The translations under genes were made by a program, and so were the position numbers. 64,000 nt of DNA from an archaeon (GTDB taxonomy: Archaea; Thermoproteota; Nitrososphaeria; Nitrososphaerales; Gagatemarchaeaceae), in assembly GCA_021823325.1 (NCBI GenBank), contig JAKAOG010000002.1, forward strand, positions 72,651 to 136,650, in the 5' to 3' direction. This document shows, piece by piece, positions 17,252 through 26,505 of this stretch (its first letter is position 1; each line of letters starts with the position of its first letter). A model generated the notes under the pieces. It was given only the letters and a program-made list of their open reading frames with translations, made no database searches and had not been told where the DNA came from.

Positions 17252-17346
17252 TGGCGGGCCCGGAGGGATTTGAACCCTCGGTCTCCAGCTTCGCAGGCTT
17301 GCGCGCGAGCGGCTTGACGCCCTGATCCGTGCTAGGCTACGGGCCC
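17252..17346 (-). tRNA. Intron-containing tRNA, best model tRNA-Arg (GCG), with encoded CCA
   Basis: GGGCCCG acceptor, T arm GAGGG-UUCAAAU-CCCUC, 3' GCCA. 95 nt. Removing about 16 nt (about 17300-17315) gives anticodon arm UCAGC-CUGCGAA-GCUGG. Confidence 0.75.
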
Positions 17347-17438
17347 GAAGAGCCCCGACCAGAGGGCGCTGTTAAGCCCTTCTCGGCAAGGACGCGCCGT
17401 CGGAAGAAGGGTTAATCACCCGGACCTGGACGGTCGGC

Positions 17439-19421
17439 GTGGAGATGGCTCGAAAGGCCCCGTCCACGACGACGCCCCGGAAGGCGCCCGGGTTTTCCGA
17501 GTCCTACATGGACAGGAGAGCGGACCCGCGGAACGACTTCTACCGATATGCGGCCGGCGGGTGGATGAGGACCCATCCACTCCCGCGCGACAAAGCCCGG
17601 TACGGCGCGTTCACCGAGCTGAACGAGTGGAACCTCATATCGCTGAGGAAGGTCGCAGAAAAGAGCGCGAAGGACGCGGTGATCGCCCGGGGAGGGACGG
17701 CCGCGCTCGTCGGGAAGTTCTATCGCTCCGCCCTCGACCGGCGCTCAAGGGAGAAAGCTGCGTTCGGGCCCGTCGACGACCTCTGGAGGGCCGCCGGGGC
17801 CGTCAGGGACGGCGACGACGTGGCGAGGGTGCTGAGGAAGCTCCACATGGAAGGGATAGGCGCAGGGTTCCAGGACTTCTCAAAGGTCGACGACAGGGAC
17901 AGCGGCGTCTACGCTTACTTCCTCTGGCAGGGAGGCCTCTCTCTCCCCGACAAGGACTACTATCTTTCTGGTTCCTTCAAGAAGACGAGAGAGCAGTTCC
18001 TGTCGCACGTAAGAGCGATGTTCGAGATGAAGGGGCTGAGCCCTCGGGAGGGGAAGGCGGCCGCGGCTTCGGTCCTTCGCGTCGAGACATCTCTCGCAAA
18101 AGCGAGCAGGTCGAGGACAGACCTCAGGGACCCGGTGAAGAACTACAACAGGGTCGAGGCGGCGGAGCTCGGCTCAAGATATCCGCGCGTCTCCCCACTG
18201 GGCTATCTCGACGACGCGGGCGTCTCGGCGAAGTACGCCGTGGTCGGCCAGCCGGAGTTCTTCGCTTCTCTCGAGGCTTCTCTGGGAGAAAAGGACGCCG
18301 ACGACTGGAGGTCATATCTGGAGTGGGCGGTCATCACCGACTCGGCCCCGTACCTCCACGCTGAAGCGGAAGACGAGAACTTCGACTTCTTTCAGAGAAA
18401 GCTGATGGGCCAGAAGGAGCCTGAGGCGGAGTGGAAGCGGGCGATCAAGGTCGTCGACAGGATGGTCGGCGAGGCGCTCGGGGAGCTGTACGTCGCCGAC
18501 TACTTCCCGGAGGAGGCGCGTAAGCGCGCTGCGGACCTCGTCCAGAACCTGAGCGAGGTGTTCGAAGGCAGGCTCAGGGCGCTGCCATGGATGACGGACT
18601 CGACGAAGGCGGAGGCCCTGCAGAAGTTCAAGCGGTTCAGGGTGAAGATAGGCCACCCCGTGAAGTTCAGGGACTACTCCAAGGTGCGCGTCGAGCGGGA
18701 AGACTACGCGGGGAACGTCAGACGCGCGGCCGCGTTCGAAGTCGCGAGGCAGGCGGCGAGGGTAGGCGCCCCCGTAGACAGGGACGAGTGGTTCATGACG
18801 CCCCCCACGGTGAACGCGTACTATTCGCCCGAGACTAACGAGATCGTCTTCCCCGCCGGGATACTGCAGCCTCCGTTCTTCGACCACAGGGCGGACGACG
18901 CGGTGAACTATGGCGGCATCGGAGCCGTGATAGGCCACGAGATAACACACGGGTACGACGACCAGGGGAGGCAGTACGACGCCATCGGAAACCTGAGGGA
19001 CTGGTGGACGAAGGAAGACGAGGCGGCGTTCAAGGAGAAGGCGGACGGCGTGGTGAAGGCTTACGGTTCCCAGGAGGTGCTCCCCGGGCTCAAGCTCAAC
19101 GGGAAGCTCACGCTCGGCGAGAACATCGCCGACCTCGGCGGGCTGAGCATCGCATACGAGGCGCTGACGCGCAGGCGCAAGAAAACGGGCGGGGCGAAGA
19201 TCGGAGGGCTCACCTCCGACGAGAGGTTCTTTGTGTCATGGGGGCAGGTCTGGCGCCAGACGATCTCCGACCAGGAGGCCAGGCGCCTCGCTACAATCGA
19301 CCCGCACTCTCCGGGGAAGATCAGGGCGGTCATCCCGGCGGTCAACCATCCGGCCTTCGACAGAGTGTTCCCTCCAGCCGGAGGAAGGGGCAGAAAGGGC
19401 CCTAAGATAGGCGTCTGGTAG
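17439..19421 (+). CDS. M13 family zinc metallopeptidase (PepO/endothelin-converting enzyme-like)
   Basis: VIGHEITHGYDDQG (HExxH), ENIADLGG, NAYY motifs. 660 aa. Confidence 0.9.
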   Translation: MEMARKAPSTTTPRKAPGFSESYMDRRADPRNDFYRYAAGGWMRTHPLPRDKARYGAFTELNEWNLISLRKVAEKSAKDAVIARGGTAALVGKFYRSALDRRSREKAAFGPVDDLWRAAGAVRDGDDVARVLRKLHMEGIGAGFQDFSKVDDRDSGVYAYFLWQGGLSLPDKDYYLSGSFKKTREQFLSHVRAMFEMKGLSPREGKAAAASVLRVETSLAKASRSRTDLRDPVKNYNRVEAAELGSRYPRVSPLGYLDDAGVSAKYAVVGQPEFFASLEASLGEKDADDWRSYLEWAVITDSAPYLHAEAEDENFDFFQRKLMGQKEPEAEWKRAIKVVDRMVGEALGELYVADYFPEEARKRAADLVQNLSEVFEGRLRALPWMTDSTKAEALQKFKRFRVKIGHPVKFRDYSKVRVEREDYAGNVRRAAAFEVARQAARVGAPVDRDEWFMTPPTVNAYYSPETNEIVFPAGILQPPFFDHRADDAVNYGGIGAVIGHEITHGYDDQGRQYDAIGNLRDWWTKEDEAAFKEKADGVVKAYGSQEVLPGLKLNGKLTLGENIADLGGLSIAYEALTRRRKKTGGAKIGGLTSDERFFVSWGQVWRQTISDQEARRLATIDPHSPGKIRAVIPAVNHPAFDRVFPPAGGRGRKGPKIGVW

Positions 19422-19422
19422 G

Positions 19423-20100
19423 CTAGCCCAGTTCCTTTCTGATCTTCTTCAGCACCGACACCAGCATCGGCTTCGTCAGCTTCCCAGTGTTCGTGTTCCT
19501 CGGGCTCGGGTGATAGCTCGCATATATCGTCAGGCCGTCCGGGAGCCTGTAAGAGGCCCCGTGGCCGAACTTCAGCCCCCTGACGCCACGGCCGTCCCTT
19601 TTCATGTGGTCCATGTACGACTTGAAGGCCGACGACCCCAGGGCCAGGATCCCTTTCAGGTTCGGGAGGAGCGACACCTCGGCGTCAAGGAACGCGCCGC
19701 AGTTGTGGAACTCGCTCGGCAGCGGCCTGTCTCCCGGCGGGACGCACTTCACGACCGCGGTCACGTAGCACCCGGAGTATTCCAGGCCGTCGTCTCGCGA
19801 CTCGGAGACCGGCCTGTTGGCGTATCCTGCCTCATAGAGCGCGGATACCAGGAACCTGCTCGACGCGTCTCCTGTGAAGATGCGGCCCGTCCTTTCTGCC
19901 CCCGTCCTCGCAGGCGCGAGCCCCAGGATGAGCAGGCTCCCCCCGAGGTCGCCGAACCCTGGGACGGGCTTCCTCCACCACTCCTGGTCTGCCAGAGAAG
20001 GGGGCGCCTTCACGTTCTCCCGGTAGTCTACCAGCCTGGGGCACTTCCGGCACCTCACTATCTCGGCCCTGAGGGAGTCGAAGCCCGGGTTGGACTTCAT
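19423..20100 (-). CDS. Uracil-DNA glycosylase, Fe-S family 4/5
   Basis: CRKCPRL cysteine cluster, LILGLAPARTGAERTGRIFTGD, SYHPSPRN. ATG 20100 overlaps the lysK stop (ATGA). Confidence 0.8.
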   Translation of the reverse strand: MKSNPGFDSLRAEIVRCRKCPRLVDYRENVKAPPSLADQEWWRKPVPGFGDLGGSLLILGLAPARTGAERTGRIFTGDASSRFLVSALYEAGYANRPVSESRDDGLEYSGCYVTAVVKCVPPGDRPLPSEFHNCGAFLDAEVSLLPNLKGILALGSSAFKSYMDHMKRDGRGVRGLKFGHGASYRLPDGLTIYASYHPSPRNTNTGKLTKPMLVSVLKKIRKELG

Positions 20101-21692
20101 TTCCCGAGCGCGTCGAGGAGCCGCCTGCTCACTTCTGCCTTGCCTGCGTCCATGACGTAGGGGCCCAGCCTCGGGCCCCGGTCTGAGCCGAGGAGGATGG
20201 AGTACACCGCCGGGAAGAACTCCCCGGCCCTCAGGCCGTTCTTCTTGGCGGCGTCGAACGCAGCGTTCTGGACCGACTCGGGGTCGGGAGCGTTCTCTAT
20301 GGACAGCGCGAAATCTTTCACCGCGGCTCTTGCGGGCGGGGTGAGCTCGGGGACCTCGAACGAGCTCTTCCCCTCTCTTCTTTCCCACTTCCGCGCCCAG
20401 GCGATCCTCGTCGAGAGCTCGGGGCTAGGCGCCGACACCATGCCGTATGCCGAGAGCCTCTTGACCACGAAGTCGTCCACGGAGCCTTCAGGGGCGACCG
20501 CGGCCAGCTGGGAGAGCAGCCTGTAGGGTACGTGGACCCTCTTGGACTGGGGGGTCTTCAGGAACATCGAATACTCGTAGAGCCCCCTCTGCCTTGCGTC
20601 CTTCATCCTGTTGGCGTCCCTCTTCTTGGAGAAGTAGTACTCCTCCAGGTCGTCGAACTCGTCCATGTACGACGGCACGTCCTCGATGGAGACGTTCCTC
20701 GCGCCGACTATCCTCTTGTACATCAGCAGCCTGAGGCTCTCTGGTGAGGCGTACTCCATCCACTCGACCGGGGTGACGAGGTTCCCCACGGACTTCGACA
20801 TCTTCCTCCCTGACTTGTCCTGGAAGAGCTCGTACCTGGCGTGATAGGGGGACGGGAACCCCAGGACGCTCTCGGCCACCCAGTCGTTTATCTTGACGGA
20901 GTCGGTGAGCTCCTTGCCATACGCTTCGAACCTGATGTCGAACGCCGACCACCTGGCGGCGAACTCCACCTTCCACATCAGCTTGCCGTTCCCCTCGGTT
21001 ATCTTCACGTCCCCTTCGTAGCCGCACCCCTTCACGAGCTTCTCTCCCAGCTTGGTGCCTTCGCACACATAGTGGACCGCGTCCCTCTCCGGGTCGAACG
21101 ACTTCGCCTGCGTCACGTAGATCCGCTTGCAGTCGTGGCAGACCGCCGTGTAGGGGAGGGCCTCTTCGTACTTCGACTGCCCGACGAGCTCGTTGATCTT
21201 CTTCCCTATCTCCTGGGACCTGGACAGGATCTTCCGCATCTGGTCGTTCAACAGCCCCCTGGCGTATGCGTCTGCGCCGCTCTGGAAGCGGTACTCGACG
21301 CCCACCCTGTCAAGGGACTCGCGCAGAAGCGACCCGACGTGCTCGGCGTAAGAGCCGTGGCAGCCGAACGGGTCAGGTATCCTGGAGACAGGGTGCGAGA
21401 TGTAGTCCTTCAGCCACGCGGGGAACCCCGCGGGGACCTTGCGCAGCCCGTCGAAGTCGTCAGAATACGCTATGAGCTCGGACTTGTAGCCGAGGGTCTC
21501 CAGCGCGAGCTTGACCCCGTAGCTTCTGATGGCGTCCCCGACGCTGCCGATGTGAGGGAGCCCCGAAGCCCCCAGCCCGCTTTCAACCCGGACAAGGGAA
21601 AGGCTCCGCCCGAGCCGCTTCTCCCTGTCGAGCGTCTCCTGGGCGACCTTGTCGAGCCACGTGCCTCGTCCTATGATGTTAGCCTGCTCCAA
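20097..21692 (-). CDS. lysK: Class I lysyl-tRNA synthetase
   Basis: GLPHIGSVGD (HIGH-like) and KMSKSVGN (KMSKS). Confidence 0.9.
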   Translation of the reverse strand: MEQANIIGRGTWLDKVAQETLDREKRLGRSLSLVRVESGLGASGLPHIGSVGDAIRSYGVKLALETLGYKSELIAYSDDFDGLRKVPAGFPAWLKDYISHPVSRIPDPFGCHGSYAEHVGSLLRESLDRVGVEYRFQSGADAYARGLLNDQMRKILSRSQEIGKKINELVGQSKYEEALPYTAVCHDCKRIYVTQAKSFDPERDAVHYVCEGTKLGEKLVKGCGYEGDVKITEGNGKLMWKVEFAARWSAFDIRFEAYGKELTDSVKINDWVAESVLGFPSPYHARYELFQDKSGRKMSKSVGNLVTPVEWMEYASPESLRLLMYKRIVGARNVSIEDVPSYMDEFDDLEEYYFSKKRDANRMKDARQRGLYEYSMFLKTPQSKRVHVPYRLLSQLAAVAPEGSVDDFVVKRLSAYGMVSAPSPELSTRIAWARKWERREGKSSFEVPELTPPARAAVKDFALSIENAPDPESVQNAAFDAAKKNGLRAGEFFPAVYSILLGSDRGPRLGPYVMDAGKAEVSRRLLDALGK

Positions 21693-21734
21693 ACCTGCCG
21701 ACGGGCCGGCACCGCGGCGTAATTATCCTTGGCC

Positions 21735-23954
21735 CTATCTGTAGTAGGGGACGGGAACCTTCTCCATCGGCTTCCCTTCCCTCGACTGGCGGACCTTCTT
21801 TATCGCGTCGGCGAAGTGCTCCATCCCGACGATCGCCTCGTCGACGTGCTTCTTGGCGTCGTCAGGCTTCGGGTACTTCGATATGAAGCCCTGCAGGACG
21901 ATGGACACCGCCGTGTTGGTCAGCGACGCCATGTCGGCCCCGCTAAACCCTTCGGTCATCTCCACCACCCTGTCAAGGTCCACGTCCTTCGCTATCGGGA
22001 CCCCCTTCGTGTGTATCTTCAGTATGTCCTTCCTCGCAGGCTTGTCAGGCAGCGGGATCTGGATGAGCTTGTCGAACCTCCCCGCCCTCAGCAGGGCCGG
22101 GTCGACGATGTCTATCCTGTTGGTCGCGGCGAGGACGACGACCCCCTGGAGGCTCTGGACCCCGTCCAGCTCCGTGAGCAGCTGGCTGACGACCCTTTCG
22201 GTCACCATGCTGTCCCCTCCCATGCCCCTCGTCGGTGCGAGCGCGTCGACCTCGTCGAAGAATATCACGCACGGCGAAGCCTGTCTTGCGCGCCTGAAGA
22301 CCTCCCGTATGCCGCGCTCGGACTCGCCCACCCACTTGCTCAGCAGCTCCGGTCCCCTGACGCTGATGAAGTTCGCTTCGCTCTCCGTCGCCACCGACTT
22401 CGCCAGCAGGGTCTTCCCCGTCCCCGAGGGCCCGTAGAGCATTATCCCCTTCGGCATGCTGTACCCGATCTTGTCGTAGAGGTCGGGGTACTTCAGCGGC
22501 CACTCGACCGCCTCCTGGAGCTCCTTCTTGACCCCCTCCAGCCCGCCTATGTCCGTCCACTTCACGTCCGGGGTCTCGAGGTAGACCTCGCGCATCGCAG
22601 AGGGCATCACGTCCTTCAGCGCGCCTTCGAAGTCCTCCATGGTCACGATGAGCTTGTCGAGCGTCTCCGGGCTCAGCCTGTCCTCTTCCAGCTTGATGTC
22701 CGGGAGGTTCCTCCTGAGGGTCTTCATGGCTGCCTCCTTGCACAGATACTCGAGGTCCGCGCCTACGAAGCCGTGCGTCACTGCCGCGAGCTTCTCCAGG
22801 TCCACTATCTTGTCGGCGGCCCCGTGCTTGTCGTCGTTCTGGGCCAGCGGCATGTGCCTCGTGTGGATCTGCAGTATCTCGAGCCTTCCCCTCTTGTCCG
22901 GCACTTTGATCTCTATCTCCCTGTCGAACCTCCCTGGCCTTCTGAGTGCCGGGTCGATGGCGTTCGGACGGTTGGTCGCCGCGATGACTATGACCTTCCC
23001 CCTCGCTTCCAGCCCGTCCATCAGAGACAGCAGCTGGCTGACGACCCTCCTCTCCACCTCCCCCGTCACTTCCTCTCTCTTGGGGGCGATCGAGTCGATC
23101 TCGTCGATGAATATGATGGTAGGCGCCTTCTCCTTCGCCTCCTTGAATATCTCGCGGAGCCTCGCTTCAGACTCCCCGTAGAACTTGCTCATGATCTCCG
23201 GCCCGCTTATCGGGATGAAGTGAGCGTTGCTCTCTGTTGCTACAGCTTTCGCGAGCAGCGTCTTTCCGGTCCCTGGCGGCCCGTAGAGCAGGATTCCCTT
23301 CGGCGCTTCGACGCCGAGCTTCTCGAATATCTCCGGGTGCCTCAGCGGGAGCTCGATCATCTCCCTCACCTTCTGGATCTCGTCCTTCAGCCCCCCGATG
23401 TCCTCGTAGGTGACCTGCGGGACGCCGCGCAGCGCTTCGCCCTTTTCGGAGATGACGAACACGGTCCGCTGGGTGATCAGGGCCGCGTCAGCGACCGGGC
23501 TTACCCCCACGACCTGGAATGTGAGCCTGCCGCCGAAGTATGGGATCATGATGTTGTCCCCCTTCGTCACCGGGACGCTCTCCAAGGCGTCGGCAAGATA
23601 CCTCTCGTCTATCGGCGGGACCGCCTCGAGCGGGGCGACCACGACCTTCTCTGCCGGCGGCGCCTTCACCTTCTTTACGACGACGACGTCCCCGATAGCG
23701 ACCCCGGCGTTGTTTCTGATCAGCCCGTCAATCCTGACTATCCCTCTGCCTTCGTCAGACGGATAGAGCGGGAGGCACTTCGCGACCGTCCTCCTCTTCC
23801 CTTTGATCTCTATTACATCGCCCGTAGACGCGTCGAGCGCGTCCATCGCGTCGTAGTCTATCCTGGCGACGCCTCTTCCGACGTCGCGGGTGTATGCTTC
23901 AAGGACCTTCAGCTGGACCTGCTGCTGGCTCACTCCGTCTCCACTCTCAGACAA
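21735..23954 (-). CDS. cdc48: Cdc48/VCP-type AAA+ ATPase (two AAA domains)
   Basis: Walker A motifs [18 protein letters not shown] and [18 protein letters not shown]; Walker B motifs IIFIDEIDS and [12 protein letters not shown] start overlaps the hsp20 stop. Confidence 0.95.
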   Translation of the reverse strand: MSESGDGVSQQQVQLKVLEAYTRDVGRGVARIDYDAMDALDASTGDVIEIKGKRRTVAKCLPLYPSDEGRGIVRIDGLIRNNAGVAIGDVVVVKKVKAPPAEKVVVAPLEAVPPIDERYLADALESVPVTKGDNIMIPYFGGRLTFQVVGVSPVADAALITQRTVFVISEKGEALRGVPQVTYEDIGGLKDEIQKVREMIELPLRHPEIFEKLGVEAPKGILLYGPPGTGKTLLAKAVATESNAHFIPISGPEIMSKFYGESEARLREIFKEAKEKAPTIIFIDEIDSIAPKREEVTGEVERRVVSQLLSLMDGLEARGKVIVIAATNRPNAIDPALRRPGRFDREIEIKVPDKRGRLEILQIHTRHMPLAQNDDKHGAADKIVDLEKLAAVTHGFVGADLEYLCKEAAMKTLRRNLPDIKLEEDRLSPETLDKLIVTMEDFEGALKDVMPSAMREVYLETPDVKWTDIGGLEGVKKELQEAVEWPLKYPDLYDKIGYSMPKGIMLYGPSGTGKTLLAKSVATESEANFISVRGPELLSKWVGESERGIREVFRRARQASPCVIFFDEVDALAPTRGMGGDSMVTERVVSQLLTELDGVQSLQGVVVLAATNRIDIVDPALLRAGRFDKLIQIPLPDKPARKDILKIHTKGVPIAKDVDLDRVVEMTEGFSGADMASLTNTAVSIVLQGFISKYPKPDDAKKHVDEAIVGMEHFADAIKKVRQSREGKPMEKVPVPYYR

Positions 23955-24474
23955 CGTTTACCCTCTTGAAGCCCTTATTAGGCTTGTCTTTCAATGAGAA
24001 CGAAATTTCCAACATCCCGTTCCTGTATTCCGCTTTTCCTGACTCGGGCCTGACCGGGACCTTCAACGAAAGTTCGGCGCGATAGTTCTTTTCTCCCCTC
24101 TGCGCGGTGACGACGGCGCTGTCTTCCGTCGCGTCCACCTTGATGTCTTCCTTGTCCACGCCAGGCATCTCCAGGATCACCCTGAGCAGACCGTTCTTTT
24201 CGTCGACGACCTGCTCGTTGATGGGGGACCTGAACCCGTCCCTGCGGACCGGGTTGTTCCCGAACACCTGCACCGACGGCTTGCCTTCGGGCCCCATGTT
24301 GAAGGTGAACCCCGCGATGAACGGCTTGCTCTCGCCTTCCTTCCCGAATATCGCGCTCTTGACCGTCTCTTCGATGTCCTTCTCGAAGTCTTCGAAGTAC
24401 CTGTCGAGCTCGTCCAGCATGTCTCTCAGGTCCTTCCTCCTGTCGTTTCTGTCTCCGCTTTCGATTCCGCTCAT
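23947..24474 (-). CDS. hsp20: Small heat shock protein (Hsp20/alpha-crystallin)
   Basis: LRVILEMPGVDKEDIKV...AEYRNGMLEISF alpha-crystallin domain. Confidence 0.9.
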   Translation of the reverse strand: MSGIESGDRNDRRKDLRDMLDELDRYFEDFEKDIEETVKSAIFGKEGESKPFIAGFTFNMGPEGKPSVQVFGNNPVRRDGFRSPINEQVVDEKNGLLRVILEMPGVDKEDIKVDATEDSAVVTAQRGEKNYRAELSLKVPVRPESGKAEYRNGMLEISFSLKDKPNKGFKRVNVV

Positions 24475-24488
24475 GTTAGTTCACTATG

Positions 24489-24514
24489 CGTTAATTATCC
24501 CCATGTTTATTAAG
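24489..24514. promoter_or_regulatory. Back-to-back AT-rich TATA-like boxes in the hsp20/regulator divergent intergenic region
   Basis: GTTAATTATCC and TTTATTAAG lie within a 62-bp gap. The plus box is centred about 27 nt before GTG 24537. Confidence 0.4.
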
Positions 24515-24536
24515 TTACCCCCCTCACTGCCAGACC

Positions 24537-25136
24537 GTGGCGACCGACCTTCTGGAAGAGGTGCTCTCTTCGAGGGCGAGGCTCAGGATCATGGACGCCG
24601 TTTCCACCAGGCCCCGGACCCTTGGGGAGCTCTCCGACCTGGCGGGGATATCGGTCCAGGGGGTCCTCAGGCATCTGAACAGGCTTCAGGAGGTGGGGCT
24701 GGTGGAGGAGCGGAGCCTGTCCAGGGCTTCTCCGAAGGCGAGGAAGGTCTATGCGGCGAAGTCGGCGCGGGTGAGAGACGCGTCCAGCGGCGGTTTCACG
24801 GTCGTGAGAGCCACCGAGCTCCCCCCCGGAGACGCTGGGAGGAGCCGGGTCAGGGACCTGGAGAAGGCCGCGGGGGACCTGCTCGTTCAGCGGAGGAGGG
24901 TCAGGGAGGGGGTCAGGAAGCTTGCGAGGATGATCGACGAAGAGTCTGACCAGCAGGACGACCTGGAGTCCTCGATCGAAGGGCTGAAGCTCTCCCCCAC
25001 CGAGCGCCTTATCCTCAGGGTCGTCCTGACTGAGGACACGGTCGACGACGGGGAGAGGGCGCTGACGAAGTACTACGGGCTCGGAGACAGAAGGTCTATA
25101 GAGAGTCTGCTCAAGAAGGCGAGGCGAATTGCCTGA
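24537..25136 (+). CDS. Winged-helix (ArsR-like) transcription regulator with helical C-terminal domain
   Basis: RLRIMDAVSTRPRTLGELSDLAGISVQGVLRHLNRLQEVGLV. 199 aa. Divergent from hsp20-cdc48. Confidence 0.65.
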   Translation: MATDLLEEVLSSRARLRIMDAVSTRPRTLGELSDLAGISVQGVLRHLNRLQEVGLVEERSLSRASPKARKVYAAKSARVRDASSGGFTVVRATELPPGDAGRSRVRDLEKAAGDLLVQRRRVREGVRKLARMIDEESDQQDDLESSIEGLKLSPTERLILRVVLTEDTVDDGERALTKYYGLGDRRSIESLLKKARRIA

Positions 25137-25965
25137 AACAAGAAAGCTCGTGATGGTGACGAACGACGACAGCGTCCAGAGCAACGGGATAATCGAGCTC
25201 GCCAGGGCGGCGGCGAAGTATGCGGAAACGGTCATCGTGGCGCCGGAAGCGCCTCAGAGCGCGACGGCCATGAGCCTCACGTTCCACAAGCCCCTGCGGG
25301 TCAACAGGGTGAGGAAGGAGAAGTTCGAGTGCTACGCCGTCTCCGGGTCTCCCGCGGACTGCGTCATGGTCGGGATCAACAAGGTCCTCGGCAGGAGGCC
25401 CGACCTGGTCGTCTCCGGGATAAACATCGGGGACAACAACACGTTCCAGGACATACTCGCGTCCGGCACCGTGGCGGCCGCGCTCGAGTCTGCCATCTCC
25501 GGGATCCCCGCGATCGCCTTCTCCATGGAGGTCAGCGGGGAGAGCATGTTCGCCCTCGAGTATGACCAGCCTGACTTCTCCAACGCAGCGGTCATCGCGG
25601 GCGAGATAATCCGCGACGTCCTGGAGCACGGGATGCCCGAAGGAGCGGAGATACTGAACGTGAACTTCCCGCGGAAGGTCCAGCCGTCGACCCCCATCAA
25701 GCTCACCGACGTCGCGCGGAGGAAGTACACCGACAAGGTGATGGTCAGGAGAGACCCCAGAGGGCGCCCCTACTACTGGCTCTTCGGAGAGAGGCTCACC
25801 GTCTTCCCTGAAAGGTCCGACGCCGAGGCGGTGGTGATAAAGAAGGAGGTCTCCATCACGCCCATCGTGCTGCGGATCTCGGGGCCCATGTCGAAGGAAC
25901 TGTCGATGCTCAGGGAGAGGGTGGAACAGAGGCTGAGGAAGCCCCGGAGCCGGAGGAACCGCTAG
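25129..25965 (+). CDS. surE: 5'/3'-nucleotidase SurE
   Basis: VMVTNDDSVQSNGI, SGINIGDN, SGTVAAALE. The start is uncertain (TTG 25129, GTG 25150 or ATG 25153). Confidence 0.85.
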   Translation: MPETRKLVMVTNDDSVQSNGIIELARAAAKYAETVIVAPEAPQSATAMSLTFHKPLRVNRVRKEKFECYAVSGSPADCVMVGINKVLGRRPDLVVSGINIGDNNTFQDILASGTVAAALESAISGIPAIAFSMEVSGESMFALEYDQPDFSNAAVIAGEIIRDVLEHGMPEGAEILNVNFPRKVQPSTPIKLTDVARRKYTDKVMVRRDPRGRPYYWLFGERLTVFPERSDAEAVVIKKEVSITPIVLRISGPMSKELSMLRERVEQRLRKPRSRRNR

Positions 25966-25969
25966 AGGC

Positions 25970-26494
25970 ATGAAGTCGGTGCACCAGCTCCGCAGCGGAG
26001 ATGTTTCAGACTGGAGGTCTGTCGAGGCGGGCATGCGCGTCGTCCACCTCGACGGGAAGCTGCAGGTCATGGTGCCGATCCTGGCGCTGACGTCCTTCTC
26101 CAAGAGCACCAGGGGGCTGTCGCTCTATCCAGGGAGGGTCGGGTCGGCCATCGGGGTGGCACTGCTCGGCGCCGGCGCCGCGGTGGGGTACGGGCTCTTT
26201 TCCGTCGTGGGGGCGGTCGTCGCGGTCATCGCCGCGTGGCTGCTCGGCTCCGCCGGGGCGGCGATCCTGTATTCGTCCCTGAGGCCGACGGCGTTCGTCA
26301 AGCCGATATGCGTAAGCTGCAGGCTGCTTTCGGTGATCAAGGAGCACGAGGCGATCCACCTGTCGGGGGTCGCAAGCGAGAAGGCGGTCTGGGACTCCAT
26401 GAAATCGAGGCACAGCGTGGAGAGCCTGAAGCTCGAAGGAGACCCCGCTATCTGCACGTTCTGCCCCATACCGAAGAGACTCGCTGAACACTGA
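25970..26494 (+). CDS. Hypothetical membrane protein with C-terminal CxxC...CxxC pair
   Basis: Two Gly/Ala-rich TM helices, then ICVSCRL and ICTFCPIP. Confidence 0.4.
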   Translation: MKSVHQLRSGDVSDWRSVEAGMRVVHLDGKLQVMVPILALTSFSKSTRGLSLYPGRVGSAIGVALLGAGAAVGYGLFSVVGAVVAVIAAWLLGSAGAAILYSSLRPTAFVKPICVSCRLLSVIKEHEAIHLSGVASEKAVWDSMKSRHSVESLKLEGDPAICTFCPIPKRLAEH

Positions 26495-26505
26495 GCGTGC
26501 TGTCG

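Noticed and set aside
20101-20388. A 96-aa N-terminal extension of the uracil-DNA glycosylase ORF, and similar extensions at 5202-5306, 5848-5973 and 37521-37586.
   Set aside because: The extensions overlap the 3' ends of upstream genes and are Arg/Pro-rich. Internal starts give normal family N-termini and 1-4 nt junctions.
21729-23969. A 746-aa ORF on the plus strand that mirrors the whole cdc48 gene.
   Set aside because: The minus-strand frame carries two perfect AAA+ Walker A/B sets and the Cdc48 N-domain. The plus-strand product is Arg/Pro/Leu/Asp-rich low-information sequence, typical of antisense frames in high-GC3 genes.
24491-24513. Inverted repeat TTAAT-N13-ATTAA as a specific Phr-type operator.
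   Set aside because: It is only 5 bp per arm and is made of the two TATA-like boxes themselves. The Phr consensus as I remember it (TTT-N2-T-N2-C-N5-G-N2-A-N2-AAA) is not present. It is kept only as context in the heat-shock finding.
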